A stretch of DNA of 64,000 nt from Flavobacteriaceae bacterium (GTDB lineage Bacteria; Bacteroidota; Bacteroidia; Flavobacteriales; Flavobacteriaceae), in the NCBI GenBank assembly GCA_035307105.1, contig DATGMW010000181.1:3706-67705 (forward strand). The letters run 5' to 3'. The position numbers were made by a program, and so were the translations under genes. Below the pieces are notes generated by a model that saw only the letters and a program-made list of their open reading frames with translations, was not told where the DNA came from and searched no databases. Shown here piece after piece: positions 19,596 to 28,912 of this stretch; the first letter of the stretch is position 1; each line of letters begins with the position of its first letter.

Positions 19596-21215
19596 ATGGC
19601 AGAAGTTATAAACATGCCACGCCTTAGCGATACCATGGAAGAAGGTACCGTTGCAAAATGGTTAGTTAAGGTAGGCGATAAAGTTAGTGAAGGAGATATC
19701 TTGGCCGAAATAGAAACCGACAAGGCGACTATGGAATTTGAGTGCTTTTATGATGGTGTGTTACTACACATAGGATTAGAAGAAGGAGAAACAGCACCAG
19801 TAGATAGTCTTTTGGCAATTATTGGAGAAAAAGGAGAAGATATATCTGATTTACTTGAAGGAAAATCAGATGCGCCAGATGCAGAAGATACCTCCGACGA
19901 TACTGACGAAGAAGAGAAGGATTCGGAAGAAGAAGTAGAAACTGAAGAAAAAGAATCCAGTTTTAGTATTCCAGAAGGTGTGGAGGTAATTACTATGCCT
20001 CGCTTGAGCGATACCATGGACGAAGGTACGGTTGCACAATGGCTAAAGAAAGAAGGAGACAAAGTAGAAGAAGGAGATATTCTAGCAGAGATAGAAACCG
20101 ATAAGGCAACTATGGAATTTGAATCTTTCTACACCGGTACCTTACTTAAAATTGGAATTCAAGAAGGCGAGTCTGCTAAAGTAGATAAGCTTCTAGCTAT
20201 TTTAGGTCCAGAGGGCACCGACGTTACCGCAATCCTTGAAAACTTTGATGCAGACAAAAAGGAAAAACCAGCAAAAGAAGCTCCTAAAAAAGAGGAGAAA
20301 AAAGTAGAAAAGGAGACGAAGCCAAAAACTAGCTCTGCCCCTAAGAAAACTGCAAAATCGACACCTAGCGATAGAAGAATATTTATCTCTCCGCTAGCTA
20401 GAAAATTAGCCGAAGAACGCAATATCAATATCAACCACGTACAACCAACTGGTGATAACAACCGTATTATAAAACGGGATATTGAAAACTACCAACCAGG
20501 AGCTTCTGCCGATGGTTTTGTGCCAGTTGGAGAAGAAACTTGGGAGGAAACCAAGAACTCGCAAATGCGTAAGACGATTGCCAAGCGTTTGGCAGAGTCC
20601 AAATATTCTGCACCACACTACTACTTAACCGTAGAGTTGGATATGGATAATGCCATCAGTGCACGTACTGCGATAAACGAAAGCTCAGAACAACGTATCT
20701 CATTTAATGATATGGTGGTAAAAGCTTCTGCTATGGCATTGCGCAAGCATCCACAAGTAAATACCCAGTGGAAAGATGACGTAACCATCACTGCAAAACA
20801 CATCCATATTGGTGTAGCAGTTGCAGTAGACGAAGGACTTGTAGTTCCAGTATTGCCATTTGCAGACCAAATGTCGTTTGCTCAGATAGGTTCCGAAGTA
20901 CGTGAACTAGCTGGAAAAGCTAGAGATAGAAAGCTTACCCCGCAAGAAATGGAAGGCAGTACATTTACTATTTCTAACCTTGGGATGTTTGGTATTAAAG
21001 AGTTCACCTCTATTATAAACCAGCCTAACTCCGCCATTCTTTCTGTAGGCGCCATAGAGCAAAAGCCTGTAGTAAAAGAAGGAGAGATTAGAATTGGAAA
21101 TAGAATGACAGTTACCCTAGCTTGCGATCACCGTACGGTAGATGGAGCAACAGGAGCTAAATTCTTACAAACACTAAGAACTTACATCGAAAATCCAATA
21201 ACCATGTTTGTATAA
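19596..21215 (+). CDS. Dihydrolipoamide acetyltransferase (E2) with two lipoyl domains
   Basis: Two lipoyl attachment motifs EIETDKATMEFE, an acidic and a K/P/A-rich linker, an E3-binding-like segment (ISPLARKLA), and the catalytic motif DHRTVDGA. Confidence 0.92.
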   Translation: MAEVINMPRLSDTMEEGTVAKWLVKVGDKVSEGDILAEIETDKATMEFECFYDGVLLHIGLEEGETAPVDSLLAIIGEKGEDISDLLEGKSDAPDAEDTSDDTDEEEKDSEEEVETEEKESSFSIPEGVEVITMPRLSDTMDEGTVAQWLKKEGDKVEEGDILAEIETDKATMEFESFYTGTLLKIGIQEGESAKVDKLLAILGPEGTDVTAILENFDADKKEKPAKEAPKKEEKKVEKETKPKTSSAPKKTAKSTPSDRRIFISPLARKLAEERNININHVQPTGDNNRIIKRDIENYQPGASADGFVPVGEETWEETKNSQMRKTIAKRLAESKYSAPHYYLTVELDMDNAISARTAINESSEQRISFNDMVVKASAMALRKHPQVNTQWKDDVTITAKHIHIGVAVAVDEGLVVPVLPFADQMSFAQIGSEVRELAGKARDRKLTPQEMEGSTFTISNLGMFGIKEFTSIINQPNSAILSVGAIEQKPVVKEGEIRIGNRMTVTLACDHRTVDGATGAKFLQTLRTYIENPITMFV

Positions 21216-21240
21216 TTGGTTTTACAAACAATATATATGG

Positions 21241-21280
21241 TAGCGCATTCTTTATAATTAGAGGATGCGCTATCTTATTT
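21241..21280 (+). terminator. Intrinsic terminator after the E2 gene
   Basis: Stem TAGCGCAT(TC) / (GG)ATGCGCTA followed by TCTTATTTT. Confidence 0.7.
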
Positions 21281-21308
21281 TAAGAATAATGTCTAAGTTT
21301 ATTGTATT

Positions 21309-21992
21309 ATGCAAAAAAATATAATTATCACCGGAACTAGCCGCGGAATCGGTCTAGCATTAGTAAAATACTTCTCGGACAACGGCCATCAGGTTTTAGC
21401 CTTATCCCGTTCCCCAGAAAAACTAAACGATTTAAAACTTCCTAACACCAAGGGATTAGCTTTTGACATTACTAAAGAAGACACACATAACCCGGTTTTG
21501 CAATATGTACAGGATAATTGGAAGCAGGTAGATGTGTTGATCCATAACTCTGGAGCCATTGTAAACAAGCCTTTTACGGAGATAAGCACGGAAGAATTCC
21601 GATACGTTTATGAAGTAAACGTTATTGGCGTTGCGTCCTTTACCAAAGCATTATTACCTGTTTTACCAAAAGACAGCCACGTGGTATGCATAAGCAGTAT
21701 GGGCGGTATTCAAGGAAGCGTTAAATTTCCAGGACTAAGCGCTTATAGCAGTAGTAAAGCAGCAGTTTTGAGCTTGGTAGAGCTATTGGCTGAAGAATAT
21801 AAAGAAAATGGACCTAGTTTTAATGGACTTGCTCTAGGCGCGGTACAAACAGAAATGCTAGAAGAGGCATTCCCTGGGTATAAAGCACCTCTATCTCCGA
21901 AAGAAATGGCAGCGTATATAGCAGATTTTTCACTGACAGGAGCTACGTATTACAACGGAAAGATCTTACAGGTTTCTAGTACCACTCCATAA
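21309..21992 (+). CDS. Short-chain dehydrogenase/reductase (SDR) family oxidoreductase
   Basis: Cofactor motif TGTSRGIG and catalytic YSSSK. Confidence 0.85.
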   Translation: MQKNIIITGTSRGIGLALVKYFSDNGHQVLALSRSPEKLNDLKLPNTKGLAFDITKEDTHNPVLQYVQDNWKQVDVLIHNSGAIVNKPFTEISTEEFRYVYEVNVIGVASFTKALLPVLPKDSHVVCISSMGGIQGSVKFPGLSAYSSSKAAVLSLVELLAEEYKENGPSFNGLALGAVQTEMLEEAFPGYKAPLSPKEMAAYIADFSLTGATYYNGKILQVSSTTP

Positions 21993-22007
21993 TTTACAGC
22001 TAGGTAT

Positions 22008-22616
22008 ATGTCAAAAGTTTTAGCCAAATATATTCCAAAGAATGCCGTAACTCCAATCTTCGAAGTTATTAAGGAAACGAATGTTTACTTAAAAATAGTA
22101 AATGAAAGGGTTACTCGACATGGCGATTACAGAAGACTACCAACAGGCCAACATCAAATTACTATAAACGCCAACCTCAACCAATATAAGTTTTTAATCA
22201 CCCTGGTTCATGAGCTGGCGCACTTGGTTGCATTCTCACATTTTGGTCGAAGAATAAAACCACATGGCAAAGAGTGGAAAGTCACTTTTCAGAAAATGAT
22301 GCTGCCATTCTTACGAGAAGAGATATTTCCAAAAGAATTATTACCTTTATTGTTACGACATTTTGAAAATCCAACTGCTACTACCGACACCGATCAGATG
22401 TTGGCCTTTGCACTAAAACAATACGATCCGCCAAATGATTTAAATTTCATTTTTCAACTACCACTTGGCGCCTATTTTGAATTATATAATGGGAGGGTTT
22501 TTAAACGCGGCAAGCGACGCGTAAAACGATATGAATGCATTGAAGTAAAATCAGGTAGAACCTATCTTTTTGACCCCAACGCAGAAGTTAAACTATTAAA
22601 TACTAAGGATGGATAA
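22008..22616 (+). CDS. SprT-like zinc metalloprotease-domain protein
   Basis: HExxH motif (VHELAHLV); 202 aa. It overlaps the next gene by 8 nt. Confidence 0.7.
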   Translation: MSKVLAKYIPKNAVTPIFEVIKETNVYLKIVNERVTRHGDYRRLPTGQHQITINANLNQYKFLITLVHELAHLVAFSHFGRRIKPHGKEWKVTFQKMMLPFLREEIFPKELLPLLLRHFENPTATTDTDQMLAFALKQYDPPNDLNFIFQLPLGAYFELYNGRVFKRGKRRVKRYECIEVKSGRTYLFDPNAEVKLLNTKDG

Positions 22617-23688
22617 GAACAATTATGCTTTGATTATGGCTGGTGGAATCGGCTCTAGATTTTGGCCAGTAAGTACCGAGAGCTTTCCGAAGCAGTTTCA
22701 CGACTTGTTAGGTACTGGACAAAGCCTTTTGCAACGCACTTTTTCACGAATGCAGAAAGTAGTCCCATCGGAAAACATACGCATACTTACCAACGAATCG
22801 TATTTTGACTTAACCCAAGAGCAATTACCCGAAATACAACCAGAGCAGATTATTCTGGAACCAGCCATGCGCAATACTGCACCATGCATACTTATGGCAG
22901 CATTAAAGGTAAAAAAAGAAAATCCCAAAGCCGTCATGCTCATTGCGCCTAGCGACCATTGGATAGAAGACGAAGATAAATTCACACAAGACATTCTCAC
23001 GTGTTTCCAGGCTGCAAAGATGGAAGACAAGTTGCTAACACTCGGTATTAAACCCTTATTTCCAAATACTGGCTATGGTTACATAGAAAGTAGTTTAGAA
23101 GATAGTACTCCAATAAAGAAAGTAATACAATTTAGAGAGAAGCCAGATTACGATACTGCTAAGAAATTTCTAGCTGCTGGTAATTTTGTTTGGAATGCAG
23201 GAATTTTTGTCTGGTCTGTAGAGAGCATTACCCAAGCTTTTAAAACACATTTACCCACGATGCATAAACTATTCTATGCTGGATATGATGCGTATAATAC
23301 CTCGAAGGAAAAAGCTTTTGTTTCTAAAGCATACCCACAGGCAGAAAACATTTCTATTGATTATGGGATTTTAGAAAAAGCTACCAATGTATATGTGCTT
23401 CCTGCGCATTTCGATTGGAGTGATTTAGGCACATGGGGATCCCTACATGAAAAATTAGAGAAAGACAAGGACAATAATGCGATAGTTAGAGCAGACTATT
23501 TGTTTACAGACGCAACGAATAATATCGTATATACGGATAAGAAAAAGTTAGTTGTACTAGATGGAATAGAAGATTATATAGTTGTAGATAAAGAAAATGT
23601 ATTGTTATTTTATCCCAAGAAAAAAGAGCAAGAGATTAAAGATTTACTACAAGACATAGAAGATAAATTTAGTACTAAATATAGCTAA
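22609..23688 (+). CDS. Mannose-1-phosphate guanylyltransferase
   Basis: Nucleotidyltransferase motif MAGGIGSRFWP; 359 aa with no C-terminal isomerase domain. Confidence 0.85.
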   Translation: MDKNNYALIMAGGIGSRFWPVSTESFPKQFHDLLGTGQSLLQRTFSRMQKVVPSENIRILTNESYFDLTQEQLPEIQPEQIILEPAMRNTAPCILMAALKVKKENPKAVMLIAPSDHWIEDEDKFTQDILTCFQAAKMEDKLLTLGIKPLFPNTGYGYIESSLEDSTPIKKVIQFREKPDYDTAKKFLAAGNFVWNAGIFVWSVESITQAFKTHLPTMHKLFYAGYDAYNTSKEKAFVSKAYPQAENISIDYGILEKATNVYVLPAHFDWSDLGTWGSLHEKLEKDKDNNAIVRADYLFTDATNNIVYTDKKKLVVLDGIEDYIVVDKENVLLFYPKKKEQEIKDLLQDIEDKFSTKYS

Positions 23689-25122
23689 ATGGAGAACTCA
23701 GAAAACAAAGGAGAATTAGAAACTCCACACGCAGAGAAGGAGTTTGATAAAGTAAAGCTCAATACTTTTCAGAATATTAAAAAGTTCTTGATTGAACTCT
23801 TTGATATCCAATCGGATTCGGATCGTGATGCCACTATTGAAGCGGTAAAGAAAGAGATATCCTTTAAAGGACATACGGTTTGGATTCTTATATTCTCCAT
23901 CTTTATCGCATCCATTGGACTCAATGTAAGTAGTACCGCTGTGGTAATTGGTGCGATGCTTATCTCTCCTTTAATGGGTCCTATTGTTGGCATAGGTGTT
24001 TCTGTTGCTATTAACGACATCATTACCATGCGACGTTCTGCTATTAATTTGGCAGTAATGGTTGTTTTGAGTGTTTTAACCGCCTTCCTCTATTTTAAAC
24101 TATCTCCTCTCACAAAAGAGACGCCAGAGCTGATTGCTAGAACGTATCCAACGATACTAGATGTTTTGATTGCCATATTTGGTGGATTAGGATTGATAGT
24201 TGCTAAAACAAAAAGCGGTACTATTGCTAGTGTTATATTTGGAGTAGCTATTGCAACCGCTTTAATGCCTCCTTTATGTACGGTGGGATATGGCTTGGCG
24301 GTAGGAAATGCTTCGTATGCAGGTGGTGCTTTGTATCTTTTTACCATAAACTCGGTATTTATAGCACTTTCCGCTTTTATAGTTTCAAAATTATTGGGTT
24401 TTCCTTTGGTGCGTTATGCCAATAGTAAGCGACGTAAAAGAACTTCGCAAATAGCAACATTAATTGCCATTGCGGTTATGGTTCCTAGTGTTTGGCTTTT
24501 CTTAAAATTACTAGATCAACAAGTATTTGAAAACAAAACAGAAGAGTTTGTAAAAACAATAATAAAGTACGAAGGCGCAGAAGTGGTAAAATTCACCCAC
24601 AATTACAAGTCACAGTATATCGATGTGTATTTAATTGGGCGCCCTGTACCTAAATCGAAGATTAACGAATGGCATGCTAGCTTGCAAGAAACCGATAAGC
24701 TGAGCAATACAAAATTAAGAATCTTTCAAGGCGCAGACCAAAGTGGCGAGATGGCCGAAAGACTCTCTGGCGAAGTTAGAGCTGGAATCTTAGAGGATCT
24801 GTATGTTAGAAATGAACAGTTAATTCAAAATAAAGACGAAAGAATTCGATTTCTAGAAGACCAAATTGCGTTCATGAGAGTAAAGACCGTTCCTTTTAAA
24901 CAGCTTAGCGACGAGATAAAAATAAACTACGAAGGACTGGAAAGCTTTGGCTACTCGGATAGAATTCTAACCAATTTTGAAAGCACCGATACCCTTCCTA
25001 TTATAACTCTAAAATGGAAAAAAGGCATTCCTATAAGCCAACAAGAAAAAGAAGCAGAGAAAATAGAAAAGTGGTTACGACTAAAAATGAAATTGGATAC
25101 TATAATAATCTATCGCCCGTAG
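23689..25122 (+). CDS. DUF389-family membrane protein with a C-terminal soluble extension
   Basis: Central block of several TM helices (LISPLMGPIVG) typical of DUF389. The ATG directly abuts the upstream stop. Confidence 0.65.
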   Translation: MENSENKGELETPHAEKEFDKVKLNTFQNIKKFLIELFDIQSDSDRDATIEAVKKEISFKGHTVWILIFSIFIASIGLNVSSTAVVIGAMLISPLMGPIVGIGVSVAINDIITMRRSAINLAVMVVLSVLTAFLYFKLSPLTKETPELIARTYPTILDVLIAIFGGLGLIVAKTKSGTIASVIFGVAIATALMPPLCTVGYGLAVGNASYAGGALYLFTINSVFIALSAFIVSKLLGFPLVRYANSKRRKRTSQIATLIAIAVMVPSVWLFLKLLDQQVFENKTEEFVKTIIKYEGAEVVKFTHNYKSQYIDVYLIGRPVPKSKINEWHASLQETDKLSNTKLRIFQGADQSGEMAERLSGEVRAGILEDLYVRNEQLIQNKDERIRFLEDQIAFMRVKTVPFKQLSDEIKINYEGLESFGYSDRILTNFESTDTLPIITLKWKKGIPISQQEKEAEKIEKWLRLKMKLDTIIIYRP

Positions 25123-25150
25123 TTGACACGACCCTTTATTAATAAGAGGG

Positions 25151-25915
25151 CTATAACTTCATATTCTGTACTTCTCTGATTTTTCTAAACAGATTGGAAG
25201 AGTAAACGAAGTCTACTACATCTTCATTTTCAGTGGAGAAGATATCGGCATTGGATCCTTGCCAAACGAGCTTCCCTTTCTTTAACAATACAACGTTCTC
25301 CCCTATTTCCATTACGGAGTTCATGTCGTGCGAAACCACCACAGTAGTGATGTCATACTCATGGGTTATTTCCTGAATCAGGTTGTCTATTAGCGTAGCT
25401 GTCTTTGGATCTAATCCGGAGTTGGGTTCGTCACAAAACAAGTATTTTGGTTCATTTACAATAGCTCTGGCAATAGAAACACGCTTTTGCATTCCTCCAG
25501 AAATCTCTGCCGGATATTTTTTATTTACATCTTCTAGGTCTACACGCTTCAACACCGTATTGACACGCTCTCGCATTTCCGCTCTTTTTTGCTTAGTAAA
25601 CATGCGTAATGGGAACATAACATTCTCCTCTATAGTCATAGAATCAAATAAAGCTCCACCTTGAAATAGCATCCCAATATCTTCTCTGAGCAGTCTTTTT
25701 TGTTCGATATCCATATCTTGAATCGCTTTCTCTTGATAGTATATCTTCCCTTTATCTGGTTCAAAAAGTCCAAGCAAACACTTAAGCATCACAGTTTTTC
25801 CACTACCGCTCTGACCTATGATCAAGTTGGTTTTTCCTCTCTCGAAGTTTGTACTTATGCCTTTTAGTACTTCTTGCTCACCAAAACTCTTATGTATATC
25901 TTCTATTCGTATCAT
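25151..25915 (-). CDS. mlaF: ABC transporter ATP-binding protein, MlaF-like
   Basis: Walker A GQSGSGKT, signature ISGGMQKRV and Walker B LFCDEP. Confidence 0.85.
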   Translation of the reverse strand: MIRIEDIHKSFGEQEVLKGISTNFERGKTNLIIGQSGSGKTVMLKCLLGLFEPDKGKIYYQEKAIQDMDIEQKRLLREDIGMLFQGGALFDSMTIEENVMFPLRMFTKQKRAEMRERVNTVLKRVDLEDVNKKYPAEISGGMQKRVSIARAIVNEPKYLFCDEPNSGLDPKTATLIDNLIQEITHEYDITTVVVSHDMNSVMEIGENVVLLKKGKLVWQGSNADIFSTENEDVVDFVYSSNLFRKIREVQNMKL

Positions 25916-25916
25916 A

Positions 25917-26711
25917 TCAGCTTAAAAGAAGTTGTGTTATTATAAAGTTGGAAGCAATAATCAAAACGCTCGTCCACACAAAGGAGTTGGTACTTGCCTT
26001 CCCCACTTCGAGTGCGCCACCTTTCATGTAATATCCTTGCCAGGAAGGGACCGTTGCTAAAATAAAAGCAAAAACAAAAGTTTTAATGAAGGCATACATC
26101 AAATGCCATGGTATAAAATCTTGTTGAATACCATAAATAAAATCTGTAAAGGTTACAAACCCACCATAAACGGATGCTACTCCTCCACCCATAATTCCTA
26201 AGAACATAGAAATTGCAATAACCGCAGGGAACAATAACATGGCGACTATTTTTGGGAATACAAGGTAGTTCAAGGAATTTACGCCCATCACTTCCAATGC
26301 ATCTATTTGCTCTGTAACACGCATAGAGCCAATGCTAGAGGTTATAAAGGAACCCGCTTTACCTGCCATGATGATGGCGACAAAGGTTGGCGAAAACTCC
26401 AAAATAATAGATTGTCTGGTAGCAAATCCTACAAGTGTTTTTGGCAACAATGGATTGTCCATGTTGAGTGCCGTTTGAATAGCAACTACACCACCTACAA
26501 AGAAAGATATAAAAGCGATAATATATAAAGAACCCAAAATCAAATCATCGATTTCTTTAAATATAAGTTCTCGTAGAACAGACCTTTTAGTAAAACTACT
26601 AAACGTTCGCCTTAACATATTAAAGTAAGAGCCAATGTCCTCTACGTATTGTATAAACCTCATAAATCCAAGTGTCTTTAAAGTTGCGTCTCTTACGCTT
26701 CCATTATTCAA
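25917..26711 (-). CDS. mlaE: ABC transporter permease, MlaE-like
   Basis: A 264-aa polytopic permease 1 nt upstream of the MlaF-like ATPase; typical MlaE size and topology. Confidence 0.8.
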   Translation of the reverse strand: MNNGSVRDATLKTLGFMRFIQYVEDIGSYFNMLRRTFSSFTKRSVLRELIFKEIDDLILGSLYIIAFISFFVGGVVAIQTALNMDNPLLPKTLVGFATRQSIILEFSPTFVAIIMAGKAGSFITSSIGSMRVTEQIDALEVMGVNSLNYLVFPKIVAMLLFPAVIAISMFLGIMGGGVASVYGGFVTFTDFIYGIQQDFIPWHLMYAFIKTFVFAFILATVPSWQGYYMKGGALEVGKASTNSFVWTSVLIIASNFIITQLLLS

Positions 26712-26735
26712 AAATACATATTAACTGCTTACTCA

Positions 26736-27599
26736 CTAACTTTTTCCTACTTTAAGATAGGTATGGTAGATTCCTCTCCAACGAAAACCTCGTATAAATC
26801 GACCCTGTTCTTTAGTTATTAAAAAAGGTTCTCTCTGTATAAAGGCTTTAATAAAACCAAGCATACAGTCACAAAAGTACTGGAAACTTCTACGTCGAAC
26901 CGACAGTTTAGCAGCGGCTAAAAATGTAAGTAACGACCTATAACGCATCTGATAAAATGCTTTTCCTTGATGGAATCTTGACGCTTTATGGTAATTCTGT
27001 CCAGTAGGCTTTAGGTGTTTTACTCTTAACTCTGGTAAAGTTTTTATCTTCCAGCCGTAAAACAAAGCTAACAATTCATCTAGTGTATCCCATCCCATAG
27101 CAGGAACCAAACCACCTATTTCTTTATAGCACGCCTTTCGATAAGCCTTTAATGCACCACGAATATGATCAGGTCCTGTTAGGTTTTCCAACACCCATTC
27201 TTCTTCATTTTGGATATAACAGAAACCACCTGCCATTCCTAATTTGGGATTGGAAGTGAATGCTTGCACTATGGTTTCTAGGTAGTTCTCAGGAAAAATT
27301 AAGTCTGCATCAAACTTGCAGATTATATCATAATTTTTGTCTAAGCTCGCTACACCATACTGAAAGGTGTGTACTACTTTACTTCCTGGCAAATGTCGAT
27401 TTTCAAAATCGGTTTTACAACTGGTTATGAAATCGTATCTAGAAATGAACTCTTCTATTATGGTAGCAGTAGCATCGGTAGAATTATCGTTTACTACGCA
27501 AATTTTTGTTGGTAAATAGGTTTGAGCAGCTAGCGACTCTAAAGTTGCGCGTATATAATCTGCTTCGTTATATGCTGGAATAACTATGTATACTCGCAT
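26736..27599 (-). CDS. Family 2 glycosyltransferase
   Basis: N-terminal IVIPAYNE and a DxD motif (KFDADLIF). Confidence 0.8.
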   Translation of the reverse strand: MRVYIVIPAYNEADYIRATLESLAAQTYLPTKICVVNDNSTDATATIIEEFISRYDFITSCKTDFENRHLPGSKVVHTFQYGVASLDKNYDIICKFDADLIFPENYLETIVQAFTSNPKLGMAGGFCYIQNEEEWVLENLTGPDHIRGALKAYRKACYKEIGGLVPAMGWDTLDELLALFYGWKIKTLPELRVKHLKPTGQNYHKASRFHQGKAFYQMRYRSLLTFLAAAKLSVRRRSFQYFCDCMLGFIKAFIQREPFLITKEQGRFIRGFRWRGIYHTYLKVGKS

Positions 27600-27650
27600 G
27601 CTAATCGCTTTAAATACAGGATTACAACAAAGTTACGCATCTTGAGAGCT

Positions 27651-27701
27651 AAAATAAAAATAAAGGCTTCTACACCTTCTATACATTAAGTTGAGAAGCC
27701 T
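27651..27701 (-). terminator. Intrinsic terminator after the KAS III gene
   Basis: 8-bp stem AGGCTTCT / AGAAGCCT (27664..27701). On the minus strand it is followed by TTATTTTTATTTT. Confidence 0.6.
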
Positions 27702-27734
27702 CTGTATTATATTTTTAAAATAAAATCTATAAGT

Positions 27735-28802
27735 CTATGGGATTTGGTACACCATAGCGTTGATGTTCATTCCAGCGCCTACACTAGCAAAAAGAATTAC
27801 ATCTCCCGAATTTAGGGTATGATCTTCATAGTATCCATTCTTCACCCTATCATATAAGGTTGGAATAGTAGCAACGCTAGAGTTTCCGAGCTCACCAATA
27901 CTCATAGGCACCACATTCTCTGGCACCTGCATTTTGTAATTTCTGTAGAAACGCTTTACGATGGCATCGTCCATTTTTTCATTGGCTTGATGGATGAATA
28001 TCTTTTTTAAATCTTTGATGTTGTGTCCACTTTTATCAAAACATTCACTCATTGCTTGTGGCACATAGGTTAGTGCAAACTCATAAATCCTTCGCCCATA
28101 CATTTTTATGTATCTTCTGTTCTCTTTGAGTTCTTGCTTATTGGAGCTTCCAAAATAGATGAAATGGGCTTCTTCGGAGGCATAAGTTGCGCTGCTATGT
28201 GTAAGTATTCCTCCTTCTTTTGCATCTGGTTTAGATTGCACAATAACCGCACCCGCACCATCGCTATAAATCATAGAGTCTCTATCGTGCTTATCTACAA
28301 CACGAGATAAGGACTCTGCCCCTATCACCAAACATTTTTCTGCAATACCCGAGCGGATAAATGCATTTGCTTGAATAACCGCTTCCAACCAACCTGGACA
28401 TCCGAAAAGGATATCGTAGGCCACGCATTTTGGATTTTTAATTCCTAACTTGTGTTTAACACGAGCACCTAGGCTTGGCACAGTATCACTTTGCGAAGAC
28501 TGCACTTGCAAATCTCCATAGTTATGTGCTACTATAATATAGTCTAGTTCCTCTTGATCTATTCCAGCATCGGCTATTGCTTTTTCAGCTGCAAGAAATG
28601 CCATATCTGAGGTGACCATATTCTCCTCTAAATACCTTCTCTCTTCAATCCCTGTTATTTCCTGGAATTTGTCTACAACCTGTTTTCCTGCAGTTTCGAT
28701 TAAACTGCCGTCTGGATTATAAAATTCATTTTTCTCGAAGGAAGTGTTTTTGGTAATCCTAGTTGGGATATAACTACCGCTTCCTGTTATAAATACTTTC
28801 AT
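27735..28802 (-). CDS. 3-oxoacyl-ACP synthase III family protein (FabH-like)
   Basis: Active-site Cys context GCPGW, His in HQAN, Asn in GNSSVATIP. The start is trimmed to the ATG at 28802 (MKVFITGSG), because the longer track ORF runs through the gcvP terminator and into gcvP. Confidence 0.85.
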   Translation of the reverse strand: MKVFITGSGSYIPTRITKNTSFEKNEFYNPDGSLIETAGKQVVDKFQEITGIEERRYLEENMVTSDMAFLAAEKAIADAGIDQEELDYIIVAHNYGDLQVQSSQSDTVPSLGARVKHKLGIKNPKCVAYDILFGCPGWLEAVIQANAFIRSGIAEKCLVIGAESLSRVVDKHDRDSMIYSDGAGAVIVQSKPDAKEGGILTHSSATYASEEAHFIYFGSSNKQELKENRRYIKMYGRRIYEFALTYVPQAMSECFDKSGHNIKDLKKIFIHQANEKMDDAIVKRFYRNYKMQVPENVVPMSIGELGNSSVATIPTLYDRVKNGYYEDHTLNSGDVILFASVGAGMNINAMVYQIP

Positions 28803-28846
28803 ACTTGGCAATTTATAAAACATTGGTATAATATACGATATTTCTT

Positions 28847-28854
28847 CAAAATTA
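28847..28854 (-). promoter_or_regulatory. Bacteroidota -7 promoter box (TAATTTTG) upstream of the KAS III gene
   Basis: Matches TAnnTTTG on the minus strand, just downstream of the gcvP terminator and 44 nt before the ATG at 28802. Confidence 0.4.
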
Positions 28855-28857
28855 CAG

Positions 28858-28896
28858 GTAAAAAAATCTCCTTTCGGTATTACGGAAAGGAGATTT
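28858..28896 (-). terminator. Intrinsic terminator after gcvP
   Basis: 12-bp stem AAATCTCCTTTC / GAAAGGAGATTT (28864..28896). On the minus strand it is followed by a run of 7 T. Confidence 0.85.
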
Positions 28897-28912
28897 AGTT
28901 TTTCTAGTGAAA

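Noticed and set aside
19748-20461. Minus-strand ORFs (104 and 100 aa) antisense to the E2 linker regions.
   Set aside because: Their Ser-rich low-complexity translations simply mirror the acidic and Lys-rich linkers on the coding strand.
18589-21215. PDH operon has E1-alpha followed directly by E2, with no E1-beta gene.
   Set aside because: From memory, the beta subunit is encoded elsewhere in many Flavobacteriia. The window cannot show absence from the genome, so this is not evidence of anything unusual.
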